Positions 62,373 to 64,000 of a stretch of DNA of 64,000 nt are shown piece after piece. How positions within the stretch are numbered: the first letter of the stretch is position 1; each line of letters begins with the position of its first letter. The notes under the pieces are model-generated. The model saw only the letters and a list, made by a program, of their open reading frames with translations. It was not told where the DNA came from and ran no database searches. Origin of the DNA: Phaeosaccion multiseriatum. Lineage: Eukaryota > Protista > Ochrophyta, other classes. The stretch lies in contig OZ218963.1 in assembly GCA_965112735.1 (NCBI GenBank), forward strand, positions 2,046,001 through 2,110,000. The letters are read 5' to 3'. The position numbers were made by a program, and so were the translations under genes.

Positions 62373-64000
62373 TTCTGTCTCTCTATCTGGCTGTCTGTCG
62401 GTCTGTCTGACTATTTCTCTTTTGTCTCTGTCTCACCATCTATCTGCCTGTCCGTCCATCCATCCATCCATCCATCCATCCATAGGTGTTCCTCATTCGT
62501 GGAGACCTCTCCTCCATGGCCCGAGTCACCATCGGAGCCTTGGCGGTCATCGACGTTCACGCTCGTGATGTCATGAAACGCATGGCAGATGCCGGAGTGG
62601 CGGAATCGACTGACTTTGACTGGTACTCACAGATGCGCTTTTACTGGAGGGGAGACTTCGACACTGGCGATCTCAAGGTAGTCATGGTGTCGAGTGAACG
62701 CTTCTACGGGTACGAGTACTTGGGCAACAGCTTCCGACTCGTCATCACCCCTCTTACGGACAAGTGCTACCTGACTATCATGTCGGCGTTACAAATGATA
62801 TTGGGAGGAGCCCCTGCCGGACCGGCCGGGACAGGCAAGACGGAAACCACCAAGGTAGGTAGGGACTGTAGGTTTTGCTGAAGTGAAACTAAAAAACTAA
62901 AACACTGCTTGCTGCAATACTGGCGACTACGGACTGTAGAGTGAAGACTGCGGTGGACTGCATACCCTATGTAGACTGTGTGCGAACATGCTGTTACACA
63001 CACGTCGCCGCGTGTCCTGCGTGCTGGCTCTGTGCCACCTGCTCTGCTTCCTTTCCTTTATGTTATGCGTACGCTACGCCCCTGACGCTTGACACGTACG
63101 CTTGACACGTACGCTTGACACTTAAACTTGACACTTACGCTTGACACCCGCCGTCGCTCTCCTCTCCAGGATCTGGCCAAGGCCCTGGCCAAGCAGTGCG
63201 TTGTGTTCAACTGCTCCGACGGCCTCGACTACCTCGCCATGGGAAAGTTCTTCAAGGGTCTCGCCAGCTCCGGAGCCTGGGCCTGCTTCGACGAGTTCAA
63301 TCGCATCAACATCGAAGTGCTGTCCGTCATTGCGCAACAAATCATGACCCTGCAGAGTGCGGTACAGAGGGGAGAGAAGCGCACCATGTTCGAGGACACA
63401 GATATCGTCGTCAACCCGGACTTTGCAGGTGGGTCAGGAGCTCAGGGAGGTTAGGTGGTCAAGTGGTGGTGTCGGTGTGGTGTGGTTGTGGTGTTGGTGT
63501 GGGGTGTTGCTTGGCGTGATGGGTTGTTGCATGGTGGTGTGTATATCCGAGTTTTCAAGGCAAGGCTCGGGCGCGCTCTCACTTAGTCGAGGGAGATGGC
63601 AGCGGACATGCACGCGATGCAAAGCAAACACACAAGTCTACCCCGGTCAAACCGCCCAGAGCCTCTCTTCAGTGCAAAGCTCCTTGCGTCCCCTCTCCCT
63701 CCCCCCCTCCCCACTCTCATACCCTGCTTGCACTTGCCTCCCTCCACTCCCCTCTTCTCCCTCTCCTCTCCTCTCCTCCCCTCTCCTCCCCTCCCCTCCC
63801 CTCCCCTCCCCTCCGCTCCCCTCCCCTCCCCTCCCCTCCCCTCCCATCTCCCTCCCTCTTCTCCCCTGTCTTTCTCCCCTCTCCTCTACTCTCCCCCCCC
63901 CTCTCCTCCCCTCTCCTCCTCTCTCCTCTCCTCTCCTCCCCTCCCCTCCCCTCCGCTCCTCTCCCCTTCCTTCCCCTCTCCTCCCCTCCCCTCTCCTCTT
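53052..64000 (+). CDS. DNAH1: Axonemal inner-arm dynein heavy chain (DNAH1-type); 5' portion to AAA1, continuing past the right edge
   Basis: N-terminal [38 protein letters not shown], linker GMRDRHW and [28 protein letters not shown]1 [12 protein letters not shown]|[27 protein letters not shown]. Confidence 0.93.
56482..56780. repeat. (CCT)n intronic triplet repeat (similar tracts at 29761-29838 and 42001-42080)
   Basis: Direct reading; lies upstream of a DNAH1 splice acceptor. Confidence 0.95.
59413..59625. repeat. (GAGT)n-type intronic microsatellite
   Basis: Direct reading; starts at the 5' splice site. Confidence 0.9.
62168..62482. repeat. (CTGT)n/(CCAT)n intronic microsatellite
   Basis: Direct reading of the sequence. 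Confidence 0.9.
63085..63147. repeat. 13-bp tandem repeat ACGCTTGACAC(G/T)T, ~5 copies
   Basis: Direct reading; ends about 20 bp before the acceptor at 63169. Confidence 0.9.

Noticed and set aside
1-64000. Alternative genetic code, stop readthrough, introner-type repeated introns, tRNA/rRNA genes
   Set aside because: The exons I reconstructed splice in frame with the standard code. Introns share only simple repeats, not a common element. No RNA-gene signatures were recognised by eye; tRNAscan/Infernal were not run.

Overview
Gene-dense, GC-rich, intron-rich eukaryotic nuclear DNA, most likely from a flagellated photosynthetic stramenopile (ochrophyte). The evidence is GT-AG introns full of microsatellites, axonemal genes and a protein with an apparent bipartite plastid-targeting leader. 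I reconstruct 15 protein-coding genes by eye. In order: an unknown helical protein (partial, -), an intronless coiled-coil protein (-), a membrane-anchored UDP-glycosyltransferase (+), a signal-peptide LRR protein (+), a PHD-IQ-C2-PH protein (-), a ferredoxin/metallo-beta-lactamase fusion (+), CFAP299 (-), ATAD3 (+), USB1 (-), VPS34 (+), a torsin-like AAA+ ATPase (-), a second divergent VPS34 paralog (+), a SUMO-like/BTB protein (-), SPAG16/PF20 (-) and DNAH1 (partial, +). Non-coding highlights are a ~400-bp foldback element built of 10-bp-phased TTTGACG units (2695-3091) and a second dispersed AT-rich repeat with a palindromic core (3140-3290 and, inverted, 19199-19420). The best candidates for new biology are the VPS34 / torsin-like / divergent-VPS34 cluster, the torsin-ClpB intermediate, the SUMO-like-BTB adaptor, the degenerate Fd-MBL and the foldback array. 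Gene models are manual and no database searches were run, so family assignments rest on recalled motifs.
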